Assembly (NCBI GenBank): GCA_950097015.1
Contig: CATNEN010000038.1
Location: 28,644,001-28,708,000 of the forward strand
Reading direction: 5' to 3'
Length of the DNA: 64,000 nucleotides
Source: Macrostomum hystrix
Lineage: Eukaryota; Animalia; Platyhelminthes
Position numbers and translations under genes: made by a program. Below the pieces are notes generated by a model. It was not told the DNA's origin. It searched no databases and saw only the letters and a program-made list of their open reading frames with translations. Every line of letters starts with the position of its first letter. The first letter of the stretch is position 1. Positions 26,201 through 35,800 of the stretch are shown here, piece by piece.

Positions 26201-29200
26201 GTTATAATTGTACCACACTAATCTTCCGAACTCTACGTTATTAAGCTTAATCTGCCGTGCGTCATTAATCACATCTCTCTGCTCAACCGGCCTTCGGTTA
26301 TTGCTGGGGGTAAATAAATTTAGTGGCGGGGAACGGTCAACCCCCCTCTGCTGCCGTTCCGCTTGCAGTTTAAAGGCTGTAGTCTCTGGGGACAGTCTCG
26401 CGCTACATGACCTGGTTGGTCGCAGATGTAACAGGTTCTGGGTCGTGCAGTAGGCGCATTCGCTCCCGCAGGATTGAAACGGTCATTGGCTGGTTGGCCT
26501 CGCCAACCTGACTGCCTTTCGACACCAGTCTGCTGTCTAGTGGGATTAAACTGCCTAGGTGGAAACATTCTGTTGTAACTGCTCATCTGCGGATTAAAAT
26601 ACGGTTGTGGCTGCGTCTGAGCCGGCGGTCTCATTGGCCGCTGAGTCTGCATCGATGCGAATTGCGGTCGCTGTTCCTGCCGGTAAAAGTACGGCGAACT
26701 CTCAGTGCGAAATTGCGGTGGTGGATAATAATTCGGTTCCTCTATCTGCTCAAACTGCGAGCTCTGCCTAGCGGCTTTGCCACGGAACTGTGCCTGCTTG
26801 ACGGGTTCAACCTGGGAAACCAAAGTCTCAGGCGGTTCCGCTTTTCTTCTACCCTTAGCCCCTTGGCTTGCCAGCTCATCGAGGATCTCCTCGTTCTTGG
26901 CTGCTGCGAGCAAATCCATGGCGGTATAAGCGTCGCCTCTGGACCGTCTGATAGAAATGACAGCCCGCCTAATTTTGTAATTCAAAATTCCGGCTTCAAA
27001 TCGCTCAGAAATTCTTTCTCTGGCCTGATTTTCAAGGCCTGCCTTCCGAACCAATTCAACCAGAGCGTCATAAAAGTGCTCAAGGCTCTCGCCTTCCTGT
27101 TGTTTCCGGTTCATCAACTGAATTTTTGCTTCTTCCTGCTGGGCAACTGGCCTGAATTTCTGCTGCAAACTCTCAACTAATCGTGGGTAAGCGAGGTTCG
27201 GGTCAAGGCCTAGATTAATATAAATCTTGTAAGCTTCTTCATCCAGCAAAGACAATAATTGGCAGGCTCTGGCATCAGCCTCAATGGCGTTACCTTGGCA
27301 ATAGTTAGTAAAAATCTTTAGAAAAACTTCAAAGTCTCCTCCGACAGCATAAGGCTTGGGTTTCGCTACTGAATTATTATTCCTATAAATAAGTCTAGGG
27401 GCAGCTCTCAAATTCTGGATCTGATTCTGCAGATCGGTAATTAAAGCTCTTAGTTGGTTATTGTCAGCTGCTAAGTTCTCTACTACTGCGGCTTGAGCAT
27501 TGACCTGTGGGTCGGCTAAGTTTTGACCTTGGTCTGGCCCGAGAGCAGGGCCTTCATTCTGTTCATTGGCTACGGCCGCAGGGTCTGGGCCAGCACCTCT
27601 AATTTCAACTCCTACACCCGCCATGTACAATTTTTATGAGTCACTGATAAGAAAGTCTGCGCGGGCGCTTATCTATAATAGAATCTAACTAACCGAGGCA
27701 ATAAAATTTCAATCGACCAATTGTACTAACACTGGCCTTTTAAGTTTGTAGCAAAAATAATAATAAGGTGGAATCTTTAATTAGATTGCAGAAGAACTAT
27801 ATCAATATAAGAACCGTGGAGGTATGTACTTCTCCAGGCTATCTCTATAGCAGAACTCTTAAACTTTCTTCTCAACAGGAATTCTCCTTTCTCTCAATAG
27901 AAATCAATCCTCCCTCAATAGAAATCTCTCCTCCCTAGAGGCTCCAAATGTGATATTTTGACTTAGGTCTCTCTTTACGTTGAGATTCCTAAATGAGGTC
28001 GGGTGTCCTACTCTTTGTGAGAGATTCCCTTTTCGCAACTCGAAAATAACGAAGACAAGACGATTCAAATCCCAAGCTAAACAGCTGATATTTAAGTGTT
28101 AATCAGTAAATAAGAGAAAGCTATGATCACTGATCAATTCCCCTGGCAGCGCTCTTTTCGTCCCCTGCCAGGTACTGTACTTAATTCAATCCAATTCACA
28201 ATTCGCACTAACAATATCTCGATAACCGCAACACAAAACACGAACTCTACTCGATAATACGACACGATAAACAACACAAATAAATCCTAGACAAACAGAT
28301 AGTCCCTATAACAAACAAGACAAATAACGCGAAACCTAACCAAAATCCCTAACATAAAACCGAGGCGACCAGCAAGCACTTCTGCACTATGGCACAACGA
28401 TAGTTCTATCGTGCCACACCTAATGTCTGTTCGACGGCGTCCCACCGATGATTGTCGGCGATATGGAGAGTGCTTCCGTGCTTGCCAATCCCTATCTAAC
28501 ACTCCGTCAGCAGTTGGCCAGACGTACCGAGCTCAGCGCAAGCTACTTACTGACGTGGGGTTGAGTGTGGGGGTTTTCTTTGACTAACTAGTTGGACCGG
28601 TTTACCTGTCCCGGTATCTATTTACTAGGATGCGTAACACGAATGAGAACAATATCAAGATCAAGAGCAAGAGCAAGGTCGAACGCGAGACCAGAATCAC
28701 ATGAGAACAATATTTCAGCGCAATAGTCAGTTTTATAGTCAAGCGCCCGCCCCAGCCCTCATCAAAGCCTGGGTGCCGGCCGCGCCGCTTGTTCTTCTGC
28801 CAGGTCGACCCTGCCGGTTAACGAACCGGCTGCTGATTGGCCCGGCTCGGGGTGTCGCACTTAAGTCGGTTCACTTCAATCGGCTAGCCGTCCTCCCATT
28901 GGTTGGGCCCACCAGACCAGGGCTAGTCTGATGCCTTGGCTGTAGAGCAGGGGTGACCGGCCGGTCGCGTGTTAGGCCTGGCTGGGGTGCGCATGTACAA
29001 ACAACTAACCTATAAGATACATTAAAATAATTCATAATATTGACGTGCGCGAATAAGTTACTACAAGTAGAAATATACGCATTATAAAAACATGCCGACA
29101 CTACACAAAAAATTATTCTAGTATAATTTTCTTTGCGGCTATAATGTTTTTAGTACACTTGTATATTAGACTAGCAATTTCTGCCAACCTTTAGAAAAAA

Positions 29201-29727
29201 AATGGAATTCCAATTTTAATTAAACGTAAAAATAAACCGTTAAGTTTAGTACATTGGACTAGCAAACCGCAAAAAAATAATTTTAGTTCATTGTTAATTC
29301 AAAGGTTAAACTACTTTTTTTTCTTTGCGGCAATAGTACATTTTAGTATATTAGACTAGCAATTCAGCACTCCTTCAAAAAAACCTGAGAATTGTAACTA
29401 AGTAACTATGCATACCATTGCAGATCTAATTATGGTTCAGACGAATGTTTCCTTGGCTCCTACAGCCACTTCGCTCCCGGATCTGACCCAAGGCACCATA
29501 AGGCTCTGGCCCAGCCAATTGAACCAGCCGATCAAATTGGAAAGCCTGCAATCTGCTTCGCCGGAGAGCACACGCATTGCTGCTACTTCTCAACTGTGCA
29601 CGGAGCTCTACTCAGCGGAGTTAGGGAGGCCAAAAGATTGCTAGCATTTTCTGGCCTAACCCAGCCGCTTGCCACGGAATCTACAGGTGTCGACGCTTTT
29701 CTGGCTACTGTGGAATCGATAATCTGA
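17247..29727 (+). CDS. Flavin-containing polyamine/spermine oxidase family protein, paralogue 2; exons 17247-17433, 17947-18500, 18921-19254, 19339-19465, 29424-29727
   Basis: VAVIGAGVSGLTAA...FEAGDRVGGR, MGPMWLHG, ITVSLGVL, GLVDKLF, FLGSYS, CFAGEHT...TVHGALLSGVREA; GT-AG junctions in phase; clear paralogue of 10040-16094; last intron hosts the LTR element. Confidence 0.9.
17458..17935. repeat. 24-bp intronic minisatellite (CTGTCACTCTATACCCCCAGTTGT)
   Basis: Fills intron 1 of oxidase 2. Confidence 0.92.
18510..18743 (+). mobile_element. SINE family A, 3'-truncated copy
   Basis: Matches 131-365 of the first copy (CGCGTTTGCCTCTCGCACCAAGGTCCC...GCAGCCGCGGAGAGAAGGCTTGG...CCAAGGCACAGTG). Confidence 0.85.
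19713..20869 (-). repeat. 3' LTR
   Basis: Direct repeat of 27949-29105 at a constant offset of 8236; no difference noticed by eye. Confidence 0.97.
20870..20885 (-). other. Polypurine tract
   Basis: Minus strand TTTTAGGAGGGGGGAG immediately precedes the TGTAGTG start of the 3' LTR. Confidence 0.9.
21500..26374 (-). CDS. pol: Pol polyprotein (cold-shock domain, coiled coil, aspartic protease, RT, RNase H, integrase with GPY/F), entered by -1 frameshift
   Basis: LIDTGAS protease; LPFG...LYLDDV RT; VDASDSAIGG RNase H; H-H-C-C zinc finger, D-D-35-E core (HIDYAG, ISDRG, KCERM) and WVGPYRV. The frame is open from the TTTAAAC heptamer (26374-26368) with no ATG near its start. Confidence 0.95.
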   Translation of the reverse strand, partial: FKLQAERQQRGVDRSPPLNLFTPSNNRRPVEQRDVINDARQIKLNNVEFGRLVWYNYNRGYGFLRDRRGKEIFFHLRDTCGVTNYDLLLYLRKRASFSFIRASDTTHSNKQRALEVECCGHSEQSINSISESVESYCSCADCAGIETEKAERRAQSQAFDANRRKLNGIELRVSETEQRKSVDAAAANELSELREEIRQLRQEVQMKAPVKTAKAAAKQREPVTSRAPQQQTVRKPEERLKSKEVEELKKEIREFRKEMNRLENSVQVEAAAGEKLAKKQVAGFVQPIISNQAINSGLFLHSQLNGVSEEILIDTGASHCVIDKSLFDRLFSCKAALKPCAINMKSANSQSTRLLGQVSLRVRIGQSEVIHPFFVAEDLLTTSIIGLDLLTRHRIKLDIAEKTLEFNNIRIRLTTADESARCVLLQVTSMAKIPALSEKFIKVKCRETPDAAEYGFVTRKSGQDEDQSILVAKGLTSLDEFGETFVRVMNPTEHEKTIHENEVIAEYEPANEELEIFLVDKAEPAERRQDQKRIPTLSEATKIRDQFRLDETDLTANQQLKVIELLHRYQGMISQNQWDIGKTRVGEFKIETTDEIPVRIPLRKQSPEQREFVSEHVRQLLDHDLVEPSESEWSCPIVLARKKNGEFRFCCDFRQLNNKTKKDSFPLPLIQESLESLAGNQYFSTLDMVGAYWSVKVRESDREKLAFRTHDGLFQWKVLPFGVTNGPACFQRIMQRILGDYAYKFALLYLDDVICTGKNFEEMLRNLDLIFARLEEAGMKIKPEKTFLFRKEVEFLGHTVCQHGVYTSKDKIEKVQRWPRPENISELRGFLGLAGYYRRFIKDFARISEPLNNLTRKDVKYHWNEECQKAFELLKEKLTHAPVLSYPRFDKEAGPFVLDVDASDSAIGGNLLQEQDGEEKVIAYASHPLNQHQLNYCTTMKEMYALIYFLEHYRPYLIGRHFKIRTDHAALQWLRKCHGAKGMLGRWNMILEQFDQFEVISRMEEYDFTIEYRQGLSHGNADALSRRPSRDGPPKKYHEECPTCNTARKPDGIDCGAIDISSPAGVVELQDGQPELLKLKTRLLAREQCPPKIEWIGMHRSYKSLYSDYDKLTVDSNIIYRCYRDHEGREFKQIVLPESEQLEKQLFERYHNQMAHGGISKTRDLIRQRFWWPNYSANLERYIKTCPECQTRKKYGPNLRAPLEPELSSYMGEKVHIDYAGPFDTTQRGNKYLLLMVDHFTGWMEVKALRDCTAESTAWTLYTEWICRYGAPEAFISDRGASFTADIVKSLTENFRIDLRHTTSYHPQANGKCERMVRVVKDGIKLARDELDLAWDEVLPHVVMVQRSAINESNKFSPFEMLFARKMRLPVDAEIGLPPPEQKTADRHVHELYRKCMETFRVARQRQSVAITRMKTNYDAKVFQNFYKPNDLVWLSNGHKQFNTNRKWVGPYRVLEVTGSGKCLRIEPGPKVHGIEQPDRIHEIVSVDRVKPCYLSEEKLCAWRGIVGAGAPEVEPEEEYPDIEIDWPPHQVAPRQAPSQIPVPNRQAMPSVPRVPVIPVRTEIPRATLVVPTARGGAVPPAVVNREGRGRRPRGQREELPVQERWAPRLRNRACIRPPSRLDL
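26320..27624 (-). CDS. gag: Gag with coiled coil, capsid-like region and a single CCHC zinc knuckle
   Basis: RKQQEGESLEHFYDAL capsid-like motif; CYICDQPGHVARDC knuckle; ATG at 27624. Confidence 0.95.
   Translation of the reverse strand: MAGVGVEIRGAGPDPAAVANEQNEGPALGPDQGQNLADPQVNAQAAVVENLAADNNQLRALITDLQNQIQNLRAAPRLIYRNNNSVAKPKPYAVGGDFEVFLKIFTNYCQGNAIEADARACQLLSLLDEEAYKIYINLGLDPNLAYPRLVESLQQKFRPVAQQEEAKIQLMNRKQQEGESLEHFYDALVELVRKAGLENQARERISERFEAGILNYKIRRAVISIRRSRGDAYTAMDLLAAAKNEEILDELASQGAKGRRKAEPPETLVSQVEPVKQAQFRGKAARQSSQFEQIEEPNYYPPPQFRTESSPYFYRQEQRPQFASMQTQRPMRPPAQTQPQPYFNPQMSSYNRMFPPRQFNPTRQQTGVERQSGWRGQPANDRFNPAGANAPTARPRTCYICDQPGHVARDCPQRLQPLNCKRNGSRGGLTVPRH
27930..27946 (-). other. Primer-binding site (primer tRNA not identified)
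   Basis: TGGAGCCTCTAGGGAGG begins 2 nt after the 5' LTR end; the leading TGG is complementary to tRNA CCA. Confidence 0.7.
27949..29105 (-). repeat. 5' LTR with CCAAT boxes, GC box and TATA (TATAAAA at about 28732-28738 on the minus strand)
   Basis: Copy of 19713-20869; promoter motifs read on the minus strand. Confidence 0.95.
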
Positions 29728-30299
29728 AGCTTAGGTGACAATCAGATACAAGATTTCCGAGCTGTCTGTCTGCCTGTCGTCTTCATTTTAAAGTCTTCCA
29801 CTTGCGTAAATGTGCTCGTCAGAAATTAACATTAAGTACATGAGTTTATTTGATTTAAATTAAATAAGTTTAGAAGCGAAATCGAGATTTTTGTTAACGA
29901 TATCATACGGCTCGTAAAACAGACAGATGAGAAGCGACTAAAAAACCTTAAATTTGATTTTTCTCATTGAGTTCGTTTAGGCAGAAATCTTTTTTATGCC
30001 AACAAAACAGGTTTGCTATGATTTACACTTTATTTGAACCGTCCAATCGTTCTTAACAAATTTTTTTTTGTATTCTGTGTTAGCATCTTCATTTTACAAT
30101 TTCTAATAAAAGTTCAAAGTTTTAAAGAAGAATTTACATTCGACGTAATTATATTCACGTTTTTGTGACTTCAAATTTGATGATTTCTTTTAAGCTATCA
30201 AAAACGACTTTAACCTAACTCTAATTAATGTTAAAAACTTACTAGCCAGCAGAATCTGTTACACAGAAATCTTAGCAAGAATTAGCAAGAACCACAGGA

Positions 30300-31055
30300 G
30301 AAACGTAGCTATAGAATCGCAGCAGAATATGTAGCTATGGAATCGCAGCAGAATTTGTAGCTATGGAATCGCAGCAGAATATGTAGATATGGAATCGCAG
30401 CAGAATATTTAGCTATGGAATCGCAGCAGAATATGTAGCTATGGAATCGCAGCAGAATATGTAGCTATGGAATCGCAGCAGAATATGTAGCTATGGAATC
30501 GCAGCAGAAACCGTAGAACCCGTAGAACTGTAATCGCAGCAGAATATGTAGCTATGGAATCGCAGCAGAATATGTAGCTATGGAATCGCAGCAGAATATG
30601 TAGCTATGGAATCGCATCAGAAACCGTAGTAATGGAATCACAGCAGAACCCGAAGATTTGGAATCGCAGCAGAATGTGTAGCTATGGAATCGCAGCAGAA
30701 TATGTAGCTATGGAATCGCAGCAGAAAAAGTAGCTATATAATCGCAGCAGAAAAAGTAGCTATATAATCGCAGCAGAAAAAGTAGCTATATAATCGCAGC
30801 AGAAAAAGTAGCTATGGAATCGCAGCAGAAAAAGTAGCTTTGGAATCGCAGCAGAACCCGAAGCTATGGAATCGCAGCAGAAAAAGTAGCTATGGAATCG
30901 CAGCAGAACCCGAAGCTATGGAATCGCAGCAGAATATGTAGCTCGTAGCTATGGAATCGCAGCAGAACCCGAAGCTATGGAATCGCAGCAGAATATGTAG
31001 CTCGTAGCTATGGAATCGCAGCAGAACCCGAAGCTATGGAATCGTAGCAGAATCC
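30300..31055. repeat. 26-bp minisatellite (GCAGAATATGTAGCTATGGAATCGCA)
   Basis: Direct copies, intergenic. Confidence 0.92.
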
Positions 31056-31689
31056 ATAGAAATGAAATCACAGTTTAGAAGGTAAATGTTCATTCGTTTC
31101 ACAGGAATTTTAATTAGATCGACACAGCATTTTCGGTTGTATTGTCGAGTAAATAAAAGTGCACAGTTGTTGTACAGTTGTTTTAGTGCTTTCGCATATT
31201 TTGCTCGGCCAATAGCCAATGTCATTTATCAATGACGCTTTTAGACCAACTTTCTGGCGAAGAAATTGTCTTACAATGCGTTCCACTTAGCGAGCGGACA
31301 ATGCAACAGGATAGTGATGACTATATGGCTACTAAATTGCACTTGGGAACAATTTAGGACAAAAAACATACTTAGGAAGAACTTTTTCAGATCTTTACAT
31401 AGGTGGAGTCAGGGATGAAGAGTCATAGGTTTCTCTTTTATGCAAGTTCTGTTCGTCAATTAGCGAGAGTGCTTCGGTGGCAAACATACTCGAGCGTTGA
31501 AGACTTTTCGTCTATAGCTATGTAGATATAGCTAGCAATTCTTGGTTGTCTATAGGCTTCAAATTGAGCTGAGACAAGACATGCCTACTTCTCCTCCTAC
31601 ATCTCTACATGTCCTCTCTCCTCCCTCTCCCCTTAAGCAAACTGCTTTCTTGTAGCTACTGCCCAGAATATCTACTAACCCTGTCTGCT

Positions 31690-32330
31690 GTCCTCACCCC
31701 TGTCCTGTCCCCCCTCCCGTCCTCTCCCCCTCCTTTCCTCTCCCCCTCCTGTTCTCTCTCCCCCTCCTCTCCCCCTCCTGTCCTCTCCTCCCTCCTGTCC
31801 TCTCCCCCCTCCTGTCCCCTCCTCCCTCCTGTCCTCTCCCCTCCTGTCCTCTCCTCTCCTGTCCTCTCCCCCTCCTGTTCTCTCTCCCCTCCTCTCACCC
31901 TCCTGTCCTCTTTATCTGTCCTCTTTCCTCCTGTCCTCTTTCCTCCTGTCCTCTCCCCCCTCCTGTCCTCTCCCCTCCTGTCCTCTCCGCCTCCGTTCTC
32001 TCCCCCCTCCTATCCTCTCCCCCTTTTGTACTCTCCTTCCTGTCCTCTCCCCCTCCTTTCCTCTCCCCCTCCTGTTCTCTCTCCCCCTCCTCTCCCCCTC
32101 CTGTCCTCTCCTCCCTCCTGTCCTCTCCCCCCTCCTGTCCCCTCCTCCCTCCTGTCCTCTCCCCTCCTGTCCTCTCCCCCTCCTGTCCTCTCCCCTCCTG
32201 TCCTCTTTCCTCCTGTCCTCTCCCCCCTCCTGTCCTCTCCGCCTCCGTTCTCTCCCCCCTCCTATCCTCTCCCCCTTTTGTACTCTCCTTCCTGTCCTCT
32301 CCCCTTCTGTCCTCTCACCTTTTCTCTCCT
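31690..32330. repeat. C/T-rich low-complexity tract
   Basis: CCTCCTGTCCTCTCC-like units. Confidence 0.9.
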
Positions 32331-32554
32331 AGCCTTCATCCTGTTCCGTGCATCTGGGCGCTTCGATGAATTTGAAATTGTGTTTTTATTTCTAAAATCT
32401 AGCTAGTCAAGAATTAGCAATTAAATTGCAGTTTATTTTAAACGTGTCAAAAAGATGTTGAGGTTGACAGTCTCATGTCAAATTAAAACACTGCCTTATC
32501 CCATCCGCGCGTTCGATCTCTGAGACTATTTGTTAGATTGAGCTCGCTGACAAA

Positions 32555-32680
32555 TTCCGCCCCATACTCAGATCTCCTCGTCAGAGGAGCAATAAAATTA
32601 AACTTGCCCGACTCTGAACCGCTCTGCTAAATCCTGACCAATCAGGACTGGGCTATCTAGTTAATATAAATATATAGATA
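32555..32680 (+). promoter_or_regulatory. Putative Pol II promoter: GC box (32557), CCAAT box (32638), TATA (32665)
   Basis: CCGCCC, TGACCAATCAG and TATAAA in canonical order about 140 bp upstream of a GTAAGT donor. Confidence 0.6.
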
Positions 32681-32807
32681 CAGGCCGCCGCAGTCTCATA
32701 CATACGCAAGCTCGGCAGTCTCTCATAGCCGCGATCCCAACCTTCAACAGTCAACTATTCTAGTCCTATCGCGAGGACGCGGCTCAGTTTACCAGCAGTC
32801 TTGTTAA

Positions 32808-35800
32808 ATGTAAGTAAGTTGCATTTCTATCTAGCCGTTGGTTCTAAGTCTCTGCTTGATTATTTGTGCAAGCAGACCAAAGCATGTATATAGATTTAAT
32901 TAATTCTCTTCTAGTCCAACAAACTCTTGGCTCTAGAAAAATCTCTAGAGCTTTTGGTTGCTTTTGCGGAATACATATGGTTAACATTATTTAGAGAATT
33001 ACTAATAGATTGGCTACACAATATATATCGATATTTTAGGACAGTCAAACCGATAGGCAACACAATTAACGCTGGATAAAAGCACAGTTAGTACGAAATC
33101 TACTCGTACTTCTTTAAAGCTGAGCATATTGGTATGGAAAATAAGTGTTTGAATGAATTATCATACAATCTAATCACATGAATCAAGTGTAAACTTAAAT
33201 CCACCAAAATCCCATCCAGCTCACCAGAGTCTACCGAAATCCCATCCAGTTCACCAGAGTCTACCGAAATCCCATCCAGTTCACCAGAGTCTACCGAAAT
33301 CCCATCCAGTTCACCAGAGTCTACCGAAATCCCATCCAGTTCACCAGAGTCTACCGAAATCCCATCCAGTACACAAGAGTCTACCGAAATCCCATCCAGT
33401 TCACCAGAGTCTACTGAAATCCCATCCAGTTCACCAGAGTCTACCGAAATCCCATCCAGTTCACCAGAGTCTCCGAAATCCCATCCAGTTCACCAGAATC
33501 CAACGAAATCCCATCCAGTACACCAGAATCCAACGAAATCCCATCCAGTTCACCAGAGTCTACCGAAATCCCATCCAGTTCACCAGAGTCTCCGAAATCC
33601 CATCCAGTTCACCAGAGTCTACCGAAATCCCATCCAGTTCACCAGAGTCTACCGAAATCCCATCCAGTTCACCAGAATCCAACGAAATCCCATCGAGTAC
33701 ACCAGAATCCAGTAAAATCCCATCCAGTACACCAGAGTCTACCGAAATCCCATCCAGTTCACCAGAGTATACCGAAATCCCATCCAGTACACCAGAATCC
33801 AACGAAATCCCATCCAGTTCGCCAGAATCCAACGAAATCCCATCGAGTACACCAGAGTCTACCGAAATCCCATCCAGTACACCAGAGTCTACCGAAATCC
33901 CATCCAGTACACCAGAGTCTCCGAAATCCCATCCAGTTCACCAGAGTCTACCGAAATCCCATCGAGTACACCAGAATCCAGTAAAATCCCATCCAGTTCA
34001 CCAGAGTCTACCGAAATCCCATCCAGTTCACAAGAATCCAACGAAATCCAATCCAGTACACCAGAATCCAACGAAATCCCATCCAGTACACTAGAGTCTA
34101 CCAAAATCCCATCCAGTTCACTAGAGTCTACCGAAATCCCATCCAGTTCACCAGAATCCACCGAAATCCCATCCAGTTCACCAGAGTCTACCGAAATCCC
34201 ATCCAGTTCGCCAGAGTCTACCGAAATCCCATCCAGTACACCAGAATCCAACGAAATCCCATCGAGTACACCAGAATCCAGTAAAATCCCATCCAGTTCA
34301 CCAGAGTCTACCGAAATCCCATCCAGTTCACAAGAATCCAACGAAATCCAATCCAGTACACCAGAATCCAACGAAATCCCATCCAGTACACTAGAGTCTA
34401 CCGAAATCCCATCCAGTTCACTAGAGTCTACCGAAATCCCATCCAGTTCACCAGAATCCAACGAAATCCCATCCAGTACACCAGAATCCAACGAAATCCC
34501 ATCCAGTTCGCCAGAGTCTACCGAAATCCCATCCAGTACACCAGAATCCAACGAAATCCCATCCAGTACACCAGAGTCTACCGAAATCCCATCCAGTACA
34601 CCAGAATCCAACGAAATCCCATCTACTACACCAGAATCCAGTAAAATCCCATCTACTACACCAGAGTCTACCGAAATCCCATCCAGTTCGCCAGAGTCTA
34701 CCGAAATCCCATCCAGTACACCAGAATCCAACGAAATCCCATCCAGTACACCAGAGTCTACCGAAATCCCATCCAGTACACCAGAATCCAACGAAATCCC
34801 ATCGAGTACACCAGAATCCAGTAAAATCCCATCTACTACACCAGAGTCTACCGAAATCCCATCCAGTCACCAGAGTCCACCGAAATCCCATCCAGTACAC
34901 CAGAATCCAGTAAAATCCCATCCAGTACACCAGAATCCAGTAAAATCCCATCCAGTCACCAGAATCCACCGAAATCCCATCCAGTTCACCAGAGTCTACC
35001 GAAATCCCATCCAGTTCACAAGAATCCAACGAAATCCAATCCAGTACACCAGAATCCAGTAAAATCCCATCCACTACACCAGAGTCTACCGAAATCCCAT
35101 CCAGTCACCAGAGTCCACCGAAATCCCATCCAGTTCACCAGAGTCTACCGAAATCCCATCCAGTTCGCCAGAGTCTACCGAAATCCCATCCAGTACACCA
35201 GAATCCAACGAAATCCCATCCAGTTCACCAGAGTCTACCGAAATCCCATCCAGTTCGCCAGAGTCTACCGAAATCCCATCCAGTACACCAGAATCCAACG
35301 AAATCCCATCCAGTTCGCCAGAGTCTACCGAAATCCCATCCAGTTCGCCAGAGTCTACCGAAATCCCATCCAGTTCGCCAGAGTCTACCGAAATCCCATC
35401 CAGTTCACCAGAATCCAACGAAATCCCATCCAGTACACCAGAATCCAACGAAATCCCATCCAGTTCGCCAGAGTCTACCGAAATCCCATCCAGTACACCA
35501 GAATCCAACGAAATCCCATCCAGTACACCAGAGTCTACCGAAATCCCATCCAGTACACCAGAATCCAACGAAATCCCATCGAGTACACCAGAATCCAGTA
35601 AAATCCCATCTACTACACCAGAGTCTACCGAAATCCCATCCAGTTCGCCAGAGTCTACCGAAATCCCATCCAGTACACCAGAATCCAACGAAATCCCATC
35701 CAGTACACCAGAGTCTACCGAAATCCCATCCAGTACACCAGAATCCAACGAAATCCCATCGAGTACACCAGAATCCAGTAAAATCCCATCTACTACACCA

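Larger units (their letters stand above)
19713..29105 (-). mobile_element. Full-length Ty3/gypsy LTR retrotransposon (9.4 kb), antisense in the last intron of oxidase 2
   Basis: 1157-bp LTRs (TG...CA) at 19713-20869 and 27949-29105; 4-bp TSD CAAA; PBS-like TGGAGCCTC 2 nt inside the 5' LTR boundary; PPT AGGAGGGGGGAG before the 3' LTR; intact gag and pol in PR-RT-RH-IN order. Confidence 0.98.
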
